Below, piece after piece: positions 53,499 to 63,114 of a DNA stretch of 64,000 nucleotides. The notes beneath the pieces were generated by a model. The model had not been told where the DNA came from, ran no database searches, and was given only the letters and a program-made list of their open reading frames with translations. The position numbers were made by a program, and so were the translations under genes. Position 1 is the stretch's first letter; each line of letters begins with the position of its first letter. Source of the DNA: an uncultured Phycisphaerales bacterium (lineage in GTDB: Bacteria; Planctomycetota; Phycisphaerae; Tepidisphaerales; Tepidisphaeraceae); NCBI GenBank assembly GCA_963755915.1, contig CAVWLP010000002.1, positions 2,304,001-2,368,000 of the forward strand, written 5' to 3'.

Positions 53499-54760
53499 GC
53501 GTCGCCATCGAGGTGGAAAACATCGGCAAGCGTTATCGCATTCGCCACGAGCGCGAAAGTCACAGTTCCTATCGCACTCTGCGCGACACCCTGACGGATA
53601 TCGCCAAAGCGCCGCTCCGCTATTGGACCCGCGAAGTCGAAAGCGAGAAGCGGGAGGACTTCTGGGCGCTCAAAGACGTGAATTTCAGCATTCAGCATGG
53701 CGAGGTCGTCGGAATCATCGGCCGCAATGGCGCGGGAAAATCCACGCTCCTTAAAATCCTCAGTCGCGTCACCAAGCCCACCTCCGGCCAGGTCATCCTG
53801 CGCGGCCGCGTCGGCAGCCTGCTGGAAGTCGGCACCGGCTTCCACCCCGAACTCAATGGCCGCGAAAACATCTTTCTCAATGGCTCCATCCTTGGCATGA
53901 CCCGCAGGGAAATCCAAAAGCGCTTCGACGCCATCGTCGATTTCTCCGGCGTTGAAAAATTCCTCGACACCCCCGTAAAGCGCTACTCCAGCGGTATGTA
54001 CGTCCGTCTCGCCTTTTCCGTCGCGGCTCATCTCAATCCGGAGATTCTCATCGTGGACGAAGTCCTCGCCGTGGGGGATGCGGAATTTCAAAGGAAATGT
54101 CTCGGCAAACTCAGCGAAGTCTCGCGCAGTGGGCGAACCATATTGCTAGTCAGCCATCAGATGCCGTCCATCGAAAAACTGTGCGACAGCGCGATCCTGC
54201 TTTCCGCCGGTGCAGTTGCCGAGTACGGCCCCACGTCGCAGGTCATCGCGAAATATCTCGCCATTTCGCAGAGAACCGCCAGTTCGTCTTACAAGGCGGC
54301 AGCCCCGGGAAAAGAATCGGCATATCTTCTCAGCGCGGAAACGCTGGACTCGGAGGGATTGCCTTGCGATACCCTTCGCTTCGGCGAACCGTTCTCTATT
54401 CGGATGCGCTGGCATCATAAGACGAGTCTGAACGGTGTCCTCTATGGCTTTCGTCTCTTTGACAGTCAGGAACGCGACGTCTTCCGAGTTAACACCCGAA
54501 GTCAGGAACATCTCGATTTGAATCGCCCCGGCGACCACTTTGTCACCACTCACTTCCCGGTCAATATTCTCCCGCCGGGGGACTACTTCGTTACGATCGC
54601 GGCCTGGCAACATGTGGGTGGAGGAGTCGTTCAGGCTCTGGAGCGATGCCTGAGAATTACAGTGGATTCTGCCCCGTTCTACTCCGACCACCGCTTCGAG
54701 GTCGCTGGGTCACCCGCTGCTGCCGTCCGGGCGATCTGGCGCGATGAAACCGGTTCCTGA
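53495..54760 (+). CDS. wzt: ABC transporter ATP-binding protein with Wzt C-terminal domain
   Basis: GRNGAGKST, YSSGM, ILIVDEVLAVGD. Confidence 0.93.
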   Translation: MSVAIEVENIGKRYRIRHERESHSSYRTLRDTLTDIAKAPLRYWTREVESEKREDFWALKDVNFSIQHGEVVGIIGRNGAGKSTLLKILSRVTKPTSGQVILRGRVGSLLEVGTGFHPELNGRENIFLNGSILGMTRREIQKRFDAIVDFSGVEKFLDTPVKRYSSGMYVRLAFSVAAHLNPEILIVDEVLAVGDAEFQRKCLGKLSEVSRSGRTILLVSHQMPSIEKLCDSAILLSAGAVAEYGPTSQVIAKYLAISQRTASSSYKAAAPGKESAYLLSAETLDSEGLPCDTLRFGEPFSIRMRWHHKTSLNGVLYGFRLFDSQERDVFRVNTRSQEHLDLNRPGDHFVTTHFPVNILPPGDYFVTIAAWQHVGGGVVQALERCLRITVDSAPFYSDHRFEVAGSPAAAVRAIWRDETGS

Positions 54761-54807
54761 GCAGGCTTCATGTTCGATCACCACGGTCTGGCCCCGAGGA
54801 AAACCGC

Positions 54808-55701
54808 GTGAAAGAATTCGGAAATTCAGTTGGCGGCCAATTTGCCTCTCCGGAAGGCATTTGTTGTGCCGGTGGAAAAGCTGTGACGTCCGACTTTGAC
54901 TCCAGCAACCCGCGAATTGCCGTGATTAGCTGCATCTTCGGACGATTGTTCAGGAGGCTCCATTCTGCTCCCCAACAGTACGACTGCCACTTCTACTCCA
55001 ACAATCCGAGACTTGAACCTCAGGCTCGTCGCAAGGGCTGGAGGTTCCACTACGTGGCAGTACCGTTGTCTAAAGACTTTGCCGTCTCCTCCTTTCAGGC
55101 CAAGTACGTCAAATACCTGCAAATGAGAAAGGCGAGTGAGCACAGATATCTCGACCAGTACGACGAGGTTCTTTACGTGGATCACAAGGGCATGATCGAG
55201 GACCAACATGTCAGAATGTTCCTGAACCTCAAGGAACAGCCTATTCTGATCAGGAAGACGCCGCGGTTGAAGACCACTGTTTGGGATGAGGTCAAACAGG
55301 CGGAATTGGAGGAGAGATACTCAAGGTACATGAAGAAAACGATGGAATACATCCACGCCCGGCTGGCCAACGGCTGTTCCGAACAAATTCGGGTTTGCAA
55401 TACCGGACTAATTTGCTATTCGATGCGGAACTCGGCGGTCTTGGAACTTGCCGACGAAGTTTACTCGGATCTCTGCAAGGTCGGTACCCCGGAATGCCAG
55501 ATCATCTGGTGCATGGCATCTCAAAGATACAGCTATCTTATTCAGCAAATAGAATTCGACCGGATACCGCTGCCGTGGAGGGAACCACCGAGGCTAACGG
55601 ATGCGCTTCCGTGGGGACTACGTCATCCGCTGGCGACTCTCTCGAAGTTTTGCGACCGCTGGAAAGCAGAGTCGTCTCGTCCGGGCCTGGGGCGACCTTA
55701 G
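54808..55701 (+). CDS. Putative glycosyltransferase (DUF616-like)
   Basis: AVISCIFG, AKYVK, LYVD, CNTGL; lower GC; start uncertain. Confidence 0.5.
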   Translation: MKEFGNSVGGQFASPEGICCAGGKAVTSDFDSSNPRIAVISCIFGRLFRRLHSAPQQYDCHFYSNNPRLEPQARRKGWRFHYVAVPLSKDFAVSSFQAKYVKYLQMRKASEHRYLDQYDEVLYVDHKGMIEDQHVRMFLNLKEQPILIRKTPRLKTTVWDEVKQAELEERYSRYMKKTMEYIHARLANGCSEQIRVCNTGLICYSMRNSAVLELADEVYSDLCKVGTPECQIIWCMASQRYSYLIQQIEFDRIPLPWREPPRLTDALPWGLRHPLATLSKFCDRWKAESSRPGLGRP

Positions 55702-55733
55702 TTTCGTGCGCTTATGTTTCGTGAGATTTCACA

Positions 55734-56076
55734 GTGAATGAAGAATCTTCCCAGGTTATATGCATCACCGGTATGCATAGGTCGGCTACATCGCTGGCCG
55801 CAAATTGGTTACAAGCGTGCGGGTTCGCGATTGATGATGGCCTCACGCTCGGTTCACCCATCGGGAATCTTAAGGGGCATTTTGAAGATGAAGATTTTTT
55901 TGAAGCGGCACCATGACGCCATCGAGCGCGAAATGCCCAAATCAGGCGGTTGGATGGTGAAGCTATCTTTGCCGATTCCCACCGGCCCTGATTTCGAAGC
56001 TGCTGCCCGCCGCTTAATCGTGAAGCGAAACGCCAAATATGCGCTATGGGGCAATCGCCGTCGCACGGCATCGTAA
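55734..56076 (+). pseudogene. Truncated sulfotransferase-family fragment
   Basis: ITGMHRSATS PAPS-binding motif and NLKGHFED; frameshift in T-run near 55900; ends after about 110 codons. Confidence 0.65.
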
Positions 56077-56098
56077 ACCCATCGTCCCAGGTGACACT

Positions 56099-57837
56099 AT
56101 GACGGCCGCACTCGATTCATTTATCCGCGAAAATTGCGATGGGCTGTACCTTCATCCGAACAACAGCTCCATTAGTTATTCTGACGGCGACTCGGTCGAA
56201 GATGAACTCTACGGCGCGCTGCAGACTGTGTCGGACCGCGGCACCCTGTCCGACGAACTTCCTCGGCTTATTCACAATTGGGAAACCGAATACCATTTAT
56301 CGCCCTGTCGCCCCAATCTTCTTCGTCACATACCGTTTAAACCGACCGACCGGGTTCTGGAAATCGGATCAGGCTGCGGCGCTATTACCCGATATCTCGG
56401 TGAAACAGGCGCAATGGTTACCGCGATCGAAGGCTCTGAACTCCGAGCACGATGCACGGCCGCACGCTGTCGCGACCTTCCGAATGTTGAAGTCTTTTGC
56501 AGCAGCTTTGAAGATATCGTCCTTGAACCGCAATACGACTACGTCCTTTTAATCGGGGTTCTCGAATATTCTTCATTATTTATCAAAGCCAGCGCACCCG
56601 AGCTGCGATGCCTGGAGCTGGCGCGACAGGCGATGAACCCCCAGGGGACTCTTCTTATAGCCATCGAAAATAAGTTGGGTTTGAAATATTTCATGGGAAT
56701 GGGTGAAGACCACACGGGAAAGGCCTATTTCGGCTTACAAAATCTTTATGACCGCAAGACGGCTCGCACTTTTGGCCGGCTGGAACTTTCTCGACTCGCG
56801 GGAGACGCTGGGTTCAAGAACGTCCTCTTCCATTATCCCTTTCCAGACTACAAGCTGCCTCGAGCGGTGTTCACCGAAGAGGCGTTTGCCTGTCCCACGT
56901 TTGAACCGGCTCAAATTATTCGCCAATATTCCGCGCCGACTACGGTTCCGCAAGATCGCCAAACTTCTCCGAAGCATTGGTATGGCCGCAGCTTGCGGCC
57001 AACGGCCTGATCCCTTCGTTCGCGAATTCATTTTTGATGTTGGCATCGATCATGCCGATCGAATCCGATCCGGCGTTTTTAGGCGCTGTTTACAATGTGA
57101 ATCGACTGGCTCCATTTCGCACCGTCACGCAGTTTCTGCGCAAAACCGGCGGATCGGTTTCTGTTTCGAAGCGGCGGCTGGGAGGCGGCGAGCGTACATC
57201 GAAACTCAATTTGCGCATGCGAACGGGAGAATGCTCCTATTGCCGCGGGCCCACGCTGGCCATGTTGATGCTCGAGGCAAAACTGCGGCGAGACGATACC
57301 GGCTTTGAGGAATTGAGCCGTCGCTGGTTCGCATTCCTCGCTGAACGTGCATCTCAGCCGTCCCATCTGCCGTCGCCATCTTCAGCCAATCTTCCCGGCG
57401 AATATCTTGATTGCCTGCCGCATAATCTAATCCAGACCGATGCGGGATTTGAATTTATCGATCAGGAATGGAGCATTCTCAGTGATGTGCCGCTCGTTGT
57501 GATACTGCTGCGTGGATTTTATTACCTGCTTTCGTGCAGCCCCGAAATACAGAAATGTTTTGGTAACTACCAATTACGCCGCATTATCGACAGGTGTGTT
57601 TTCGGCGCGTCGGGTCAAGCGGTGAAGAATTGGGCGTGGGAGGAATTTATTCGCATCGAGAGCACGGTCAGCTCGGAAATTGCCGGCGTCAACGATGAGG
57701 CGCGGTTACGCGCCGAAATTTACCTTCGGCCGCGCATCCAATCCGCCCTGATGGGGAAAATGAAACGGGTGTTGCAAAAAGCCGGACTCACTCAAATTAA
57801 GGGATCGAACCGGCGCACGCTTGCCGTAAAAACCTGA
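56099..57837 (+). CDS. Class I SAM-dependent methyltransferase of polysaccharide loci (frameshift near 56930)
   Basis: VLEIGSGCGAITRYLGE, IGVLEY, AIENKLGLKYF, YPFPDYKLP, IDQEW. Confidence 0.85.
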
Positions 57838-57849
57838 ATTGATTCCCCG

Positions 57850-58801
57850 ATGGCAACCGTTTCAAACACGCGCACCGCAGAACGGGCAAATGAACCCCCG
57901 CGCATTTCGGTTGTTATTCCCAGCTACAACGGCGCGGCGTATTTGTCTGAGGCGATCGAAAGCTGCCTGCAACAGACGATGATCGATTTTGAGATCGTGA
58001 TCGTGGACGACGCCAGCCCCGATGATTGCGCAAATCGCCGAGCGATTTGCCCGCTCCGACGGCCGGATCCGGCTGATCCGCCGAGAAAAGAACGGCGGGG
58101 TCTCGGCCGCGTTCAATAGCGGCTTCGCCGTCGCGCGGGGCCGATTTTTCACGCGGCTGGCCCAGGACGATGTCTTTTATCCCGATGCCCTGGCGAAGCT
58201 CTGCGGATGCCTGGAAGCGAGTCCCGAAACAGGCCTGGTCTACGGCGGCTGCGAGGAGATCAACGAAGACGGCAGCCTGCGCGGCGCGGCAAGCGTCCCC
58301 GACCCGGAAACGGCGCTGCTCTTCGGCAATCGCCTGGGCCTCTGTGCCGCGTGGCGGCGAGAAATCTGGGAAAAGCTTGGCGGATTTAATCCGCATTTCG
58401 ATGCGGCCGAGGATTACGAATACTGGGTGCGCATCTGGAATCACTATCCGATCAAAAGCTGCGGGAGCGCACCACTGTTGCGTGCCCGCCGGCATGCGGA
58501 GATGGGATCGCTGCTTTATGCGGAGAGACAGGAACGGGCGACGCTTCGCGTCCTGCGCGAGTCGTTTCCAACGCGGATTACACCGCCGTGGCGGCGAAAG
58601 CTGGCCCAGCGGGCGGCGATTTCGCGGACGCTCTTTGGGGCGGCGACACAGTATCGCTGGAAAGGGCAGACGCGTCTGGCGCTGACGCGCGTGGTCGGGT
58701 CGCTGCTTGTCTGGCCGTTGCCGTACAAGCATAGAAGCAGCAGGACCTGGTTTCCGCGGATTCGATGCCTGCTTTCGCTGATGGTTTCAGCGGCGCGATG
58801 A
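57850..58801 (+). CDS. GT2 glycosyltransferase (frameshift near 58030)
   Basis: SVVIPSYN, VDDASPD, LAQDD, AEDYEYW. Confidence 0.88.
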
Positions 58802-58826
58802 ACGAAGTTCTTACTTTGGGAGCAAC

Positions 58827-59108
58827 ATGGAAGACAAGCTGCACGATACTTTGAGGCAAATGCTGGTGAATGATCTTTATGTGGAAATGCCGCCGGAGCA
58901 GATCGGGCTGGATGATGGGCTGCGGACGGTCGTCGGTCTGGATTCGGTTGGTTTCGTCGAAGTGCGCGTGCTTTGCGAGCGCCGGTTCGGCATTCAGATC
59001 AGCGATGACGACTATACGCCGGAGAATTTCAGCTCGATTCGCCGGCTGGCGAACCTGATCCAGCGGCTACAGGCGGCGCAGAAGTCGCCGGCGGGAAAGA
59101 GCGCGTGA
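58827..59108 (+). CDS. Acyl carrier protein (Cfa1-like)
   Basis: 93 aa, acidic, GLDSVGF phosphopantetheine site. Confidence 0.9.
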   Translation: MEDKLHDTLRQMLVNDLYVEMPPEQIGLDDGLRTVVGLDSVGFVEVRVLCERRFGIQISDDDYTPENFSSIRRLANLIQRLQAAQKSPAGKSA

Positions 59109-60199
59109 GAGTCGGCGTGAGCGGTATGGCGTGGACGACGCCGCTCGGCGACTCGCTGGAGGGCGTGTGGGAATCCCTGCTGGCGGGCAGGAGCGGGATT
59201 CGGCCCGTCGCGCACCAGGGGCGTTTGCGGAATGACCTGGCGGCGCCGGTTGCGGAGCCGGATTTGAGCGTACCGCCTGGTTCGCGGCTGCATCATATGG
59301 CGTGCAGCGCGATCGCGCGGGCGCTTCAGTCGGCGGGGAAGACGGCGAGCGATCCGACGGTTCAACTGGTCGTCGGGACGAGCCTGGGGACTTACCTGGA
59401 GGATCCGCCGGAGGCGCCGCTGTATGGGTGGATCGAAAAGGTGGCGGCGGAGTTGGGGTTGGCGTCGAAGCCGATCGGCGTGTCGACGGCTTGCTCTTCG
59501 GGGTCGGATGCGATTTTGCTGGGGGCGGAGTTGATTCGCAGCGGCGCCGCGTCGTGCTGCGTCTGCGGGGGGGCGGACGTGCTGACGTGGAGCAAAAGGA
59601 TCGGGCACTCAACGCTGGGGACTATGTCGCCGACGATGCTGCGGGCGTTTGATCGCCGGCATGATGGGACGCTGCTGGGCGAGGGGGCGGGGTTTGTGGT
59701 GCTGGAGGCGGATCCGGTTAAGTCGCTGGCGGTGCTCCGCGGGTGCGGGTCGGCGAACGACGGGACGGGGATGACGTCGGCGGATACTTCGGGGAAGTGT
59801 GCGCGGTTGGCCGTCGAAAGATCGCTGATGGACGCGGGACTATCGGCGGGGGAAGTGGGGCTGGTCAATGCGCACGGGTCGGGGACGCAGATGAATGATC
59901 TGACGGAGAAGAATGCGCTGGGTGAAGTGTTCGCGGGCTCGCGGCCGCTGGTGTTTGCGACGAAGGGGAATTTCGGGCACAGCCTGGGGGCGACGGGGGC
60001 GCTGGAGGCGATTGCGTTGGTGATGGCGATGAGAAGCGGGCGGGTGCCGCCGATTATTGGGCTGGAGGATCCGGATCCGGAGTTTGCGCTGCCGCTGGCG
60101 CGTGGCGGCGCCGTCGAGCATTCGGCTCGGTTTGGGTTGAGTTTGACACTGGGGTTTGGGGGGTATGACACGAGCCTGGTGTTTGAGGTGGTGCAATGA
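59105..60199 (+). CDS. Beta-ketoacyl-ACP synthase (Cfa3-like)
   Basis: TACSSG, NAHGSGT, KGNFGHSLGA Cys-His-His triad. Confidence 0.92.
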   Translation: MRVGVSGMAWTTPLGDSLEGVWESLLAGRSGIRPVAHQGRLRNDLAAPVAEPDLSVPPGSRLHHMACSAIARALQSAGKTASDPTVQLVVGTSLGTYLEDPPEAPLYGWIEKVAAELGLASKPIGVSTACSSGSDAILLGAELIRSGAASCCVCGGADVLTWSKRIGHSTLGTMSPTMLRAFDRRHDGTLLGEGAGFVVLEADPVKSLAVLRGCGSANDGTGMTSADTSGKCARLAVERSLMDAGLSAGEVGLVNAHGSGTQMNDLTEKNALGEVFAGSRPLVFATKGNFGHSLGATGALEAIALVMAMRSGRVPPIIGLEDPDPEFALPLARGGAVEHSARFGLSLTLGFGGYDTSLVFEVVQ

Positions 60200-60750
60200 T
60201 CGTGGTGGCGGCAAGAGGCGAAGCGAGTGAGCCGGTGATGAGCTGCTTTGCGGCGGCGGTTCGGAATGCCGTGAGGTATGCGGATCCGATTTCCTGGATG
60301 GGGGCGACGGCGGCGGCGATGGCGCTGAAGGAGCTGGGGGAGAAGATCGGGGCGATGCGGGATTCGATCGGGGTGATCGCGATGAGCAATGATGGGCCGG
60401 CGCAGGCGATCGCGGCGGTGGCGGAGGCGTCGGGGGCGGGGTTTTCGTCGCCACTGAAGTATCCGGCGGCGAATCCGGGGTCGCTGGCGGGGGTGACTTG
60501 CATTACGCAGGGGTTGCATGGACCGACGATGAATCTTGTTATGCCGCTGGAGGGGGCGATTGGGGTGGGTGTGGGGCTGGCGCGGGGGTGGGTGGAGAGA
60601 GGGGTTTGCCCGCTGGTGGTTTTGGTGGCGGCGCGGAGGGATCGGGCGAGGTGCCTGGTGGTGGGGAAGTCGGGGGGCGAGGCGCTGAAGGGGGGAGATG
60701 AGGTGTGGCTGGCGATGGGACCCGGAGGGGGCGGATCTGACAGAATCTGA
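60196..60750 (+). CDS. Short non-catalytic ketosynthase-like subunit (Cfa4-like)
   Basis: YADPISW, SPLKYPAANPGSL, GLHGPT; partial KS N-terminal fold lacking the catalytic triad. Confidence 0.7.
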   Translation: MIVVAARGEASEPVMSCFAAAVRNAVRYADPISWMGATAAAMALKELGEKIGAMRDSIGVIAMSNDGPAQAIAAVAEASGAGFSSPLKYPAANPGSLAGVTCITQGLHGPTMNLVMPLEGAIGVGVGLARGWVERGVCPLVVLVAARRDRARCLVVGKSGGEALKGGDEVWLAMGPGGGGSDRI

Positions 60751-60764
60751 CAAAATCTGACACT
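60735..60764. repeat. 10-bp tandem repeat x3
   Basis: atctgacaga atctgacaaa atctgacact. Confidence 0.85.
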
Positions 60765-60797
60765 TTTCCGATTTTTGTTATTATTTACTAACTTATT

Positions 60798-62210
60798 ATG
60801 CAAATGGTTGACGTACAAAGGGTTGCGGATTTTATGGGTGGGGTGACGGATGCGGACGAGACGGCGCCTGGGGCGGGAGCGTCGTTTTTGGAGATTGGCG
60901 AGGGGTGGAAACGGGCGGGGCTCGGGGCGGGGGATGTGGTGCTGGTTTGTCTGCCGAATGGGAAGATGCTGCTGGAACATTTTTTTGGGGTGATGTTGGC
61001 GGGAGGTGTGCCGGCGCTGGTGGGGCCGGGGACGCCGGGGGCGCGGGTGAAGGAGCTGGTAGGGGCGCTGGGGGCGAGGGCGGTGGTGTCGCTTAGGCCG
61101 ATGGCAGAAGGGGATTTGAGATTTGAGATTTCAGATTTGAGGGCGGAGAGAATTGGCGGGGCGAGGGTTTATTGGTTTTCGAAGGGGGATGGGCCGGCGG
61201 CGAAGGCGGGGGAAGTGATTTTGCTTACGTCGGGGACGAGCGGGTTTGCGAGCGGGTGTGTGCATGATTTTTCTTCGCTGATGCTTAATGCGCGGCGGCA
61301 TGCTGAATCGATTGGGCAGACAGCCGGTGATACGGTGCTGGTGAGTTTGCCGCTTTATTTTTCGTTTGCGCTGGTGGCGCAGGCGATGGGGTCGCTGGTG
61401 ACGGGGAATCGGCTGGTGATTGGGGGGCCGCCGTTTCATGTGCCTAGTTTTGTGAAGTCTATTGAGAAGTTTGGGGTGACGGTTTCGTCGCTGACGCCGG
61501 TGCTGGTGGGGTCGCTGCTGCAGAGTGGGGTGGAGATTCCGGCGCGGTTGCGCGTGCTGACGGTGGGGGGGGATGCGCTGGCTTCGGCGACGGTGGAGGA
61601 ATTGATTCGGAGGCGACCGGGCGGGGAGCTTTATCTGACGTATGGGCTGACGCAGGCGGGGCCGCGGGTTTCGACCCTGGCGGCGCACCGGGAACCGGCG
61701 GGGCGGTATGGGTCGGTGGGGGTGCCGCTGGAGGGGACGGGGGTGAGGCTGGAAGAAGTCGAGAGGAGCGGGGGGATGGAGCAGCTTTTTGTTTCTTCGG
61801 AGACGGTGATGAAGAGGAGGGTTGGGGCTTGTGATGGGGGGGTAAATAGAGATTTGAAATTTGAGATTTCAGATTTAGGGAGGCGGGAAGTGGCCACCGG
61901 GGATGTTTTCACGCGGGATGAGGAGGGATATTTGTACTTCCGGGGGCGGATGTCGGATTACATTGTTCGGCATGGAGAGAAGGTCTGCCTGGCGGCGGTG
62001 CGGCGGGTGGCGATGGGGTTTGCCAATGTGGTGCGGGCGACGACGCCGGTTAGCAGACATGAGTATGGGGAGGATTTTGATCTGGTGCTGGATATCAGTG
62101 GAGCAGAGGAGGATTATCATGTGCTGCTGCGCGGATGGCTGAAGAAGTCGGAGATGCCGAGGGAAGTGAGAGTGGTGAAGAAGGCGATGAGTGAGGTGGG
62201 ATATAAATGA
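60798..62210 (+). CDS. AMP-dependent acyl ligase (Cfa5-like)
   Basis: LTSGTSG, YGLTQ, ATGD, FRGRMSD adenylation motifs. Confidence 0.88.
   Translation: MQMVDVQRVADFMGGVTDADETAPGAGASFLEIGEGWKRAGLGAGDVVLVCLPNGKMLLEHFFGVMLAGGVPALVGPGTPGARVKELVGALGARAVVSLRPMAEGDLRFEISDLRAERIGGARVYWFSKGDGPAAKAGEVILLTSGTSGFASGCVHDFSSLMLNARRHAESIGQTAGDTVLVSLPLYFSFALVAQAMGSLVTGNRLVIGGPPFHVPSFVKSIEKFGVTVSSLTPVLVGSLLQSGVEIPARLRVLTVGGDALASATVEELIRRRPGGELYLTYGLTQAGPRVSTLAAHREPAGRYGSVGVPLEGTGVRLEEVERSGGMEQLFVSSETVMKRRVGACDGGVNRDLKFEISDLGRREVATGDVFTRDEEGYLYFRGRMSDYIVRHGEKVCLAAVRRVAMGFANVVRATTPVSRHEYGEDFDLVLDISGAEEDYHVLLRGWLKKSEMPREVRVVKKAMSEVGYK
61113..61140. repeat. Heptamer tandem repeat inside CDS
   Basis: gatttga gatttga gatttca gatttga, translating as DLRFEISDL. 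Confidence 0.9.
61851..61878. repeat. Heptamer tandem repeat inside CDS
   Basis: gatttga aatttga gatttca gatttag, translating as DLKFEISDL. Confidence 0.9.
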
Positions 62211-62271
62211 ATGCCGAATGCCAAATGCCGAATGGGAAGGGCGGAAATTCGAAATTCGAATGACGAAAGAG
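62209..62271. repeat. Intergenic 7-bp-periodic array (9 units)
   Basis: gaatgcc gaatgcc aaatgcc gaatggg aagggcg gaaattc gaaattc gaatgac gaaagag. Confidence 0.85.
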
Positions 62272-62293
62272 TGACATTTGCGAGTGAAATGAA

Positions 62294-63114
62294 ATGACCG
62301 ACAGCAGGGCGTATTCCAAGGATGAGTTTGCGGCGGGTGAGGCGGTAGAGAAGCCGCGCGCACGTCGGAATTGGCATAAGTATCTGGCGGAATCGGAGGG
62401 GAGTTTTGCGCGGGCGGTGCGGGGGGTTTATCGGGGGGTGAGGACTTTTTCGTTGCCGGCGCCGCGGGTGATTGTGCGGCCGATGGCGGTGGGGATCGAG
62501 GGAGTGCGCGGCGCTTACTATCAGCTTCTGCGGATATTTATTTGTGAGCCATATTTCAAGGCGCACTGGCGCGGTATGGGAAGAATCTGCGGGCGGATTG
62601 TTATTTGCACTGGTTTGATGGGAAGGGGGACATTATTTGCGGGGATGGGGTGAGGGTGGATGGGAAGTGCGCGTTTTTGTTTGGGGCGCGTTTTTCGGAG
62701 AGGCCGGTGCTCGAGTTTGGGGATAACTCGGGGTGCGGGCATGGGTGCCGGTTTGTGGTGGGGAAGAGGATTTCAATCGGGCGGGATACGGTGATCTCGG
62801 CTGAGACGATCATCATGGATTCGAACGGGCATCGGACGGATTTTGCGTCGCGGATGTTGAAGGAGCCGCCGAGGGATGAGGAAGTGCGGCCGGTGATTAT
62901 TGGGAATGGGGTGTGGATCGGGACGCGGTGCATGATTTTTCCGGGGGTGAAGATCGGGGATGGGAGCGTGGTGGCGGCGGGGTCGGTGGTGAGGTCGCAT
63001 GTGCCGGCGTATACGGTTGTGGCGGGGAATCCGGCGCACGTGGTGTTCAGGTTGAAGAAGGAGGAGAAAATGCCCATTGCCGATCGCCAATTGCCGAATG
63101 GGAATGTGTCATGA
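62294..63114 (+). CDS. Hexapeptide-repeat acyltransferase (frameshift near 62570)
   Basis: DSNGH, PVIIGNGVWIG, VVAGNPA. Confidence 0.85.

Noticed and set aside
4883-62271. CRISPR array or IS/MITE ends for the short repeats
   Set aside because: No repeat-spacer structure, cas genes, transposase or clear target-site duplications.
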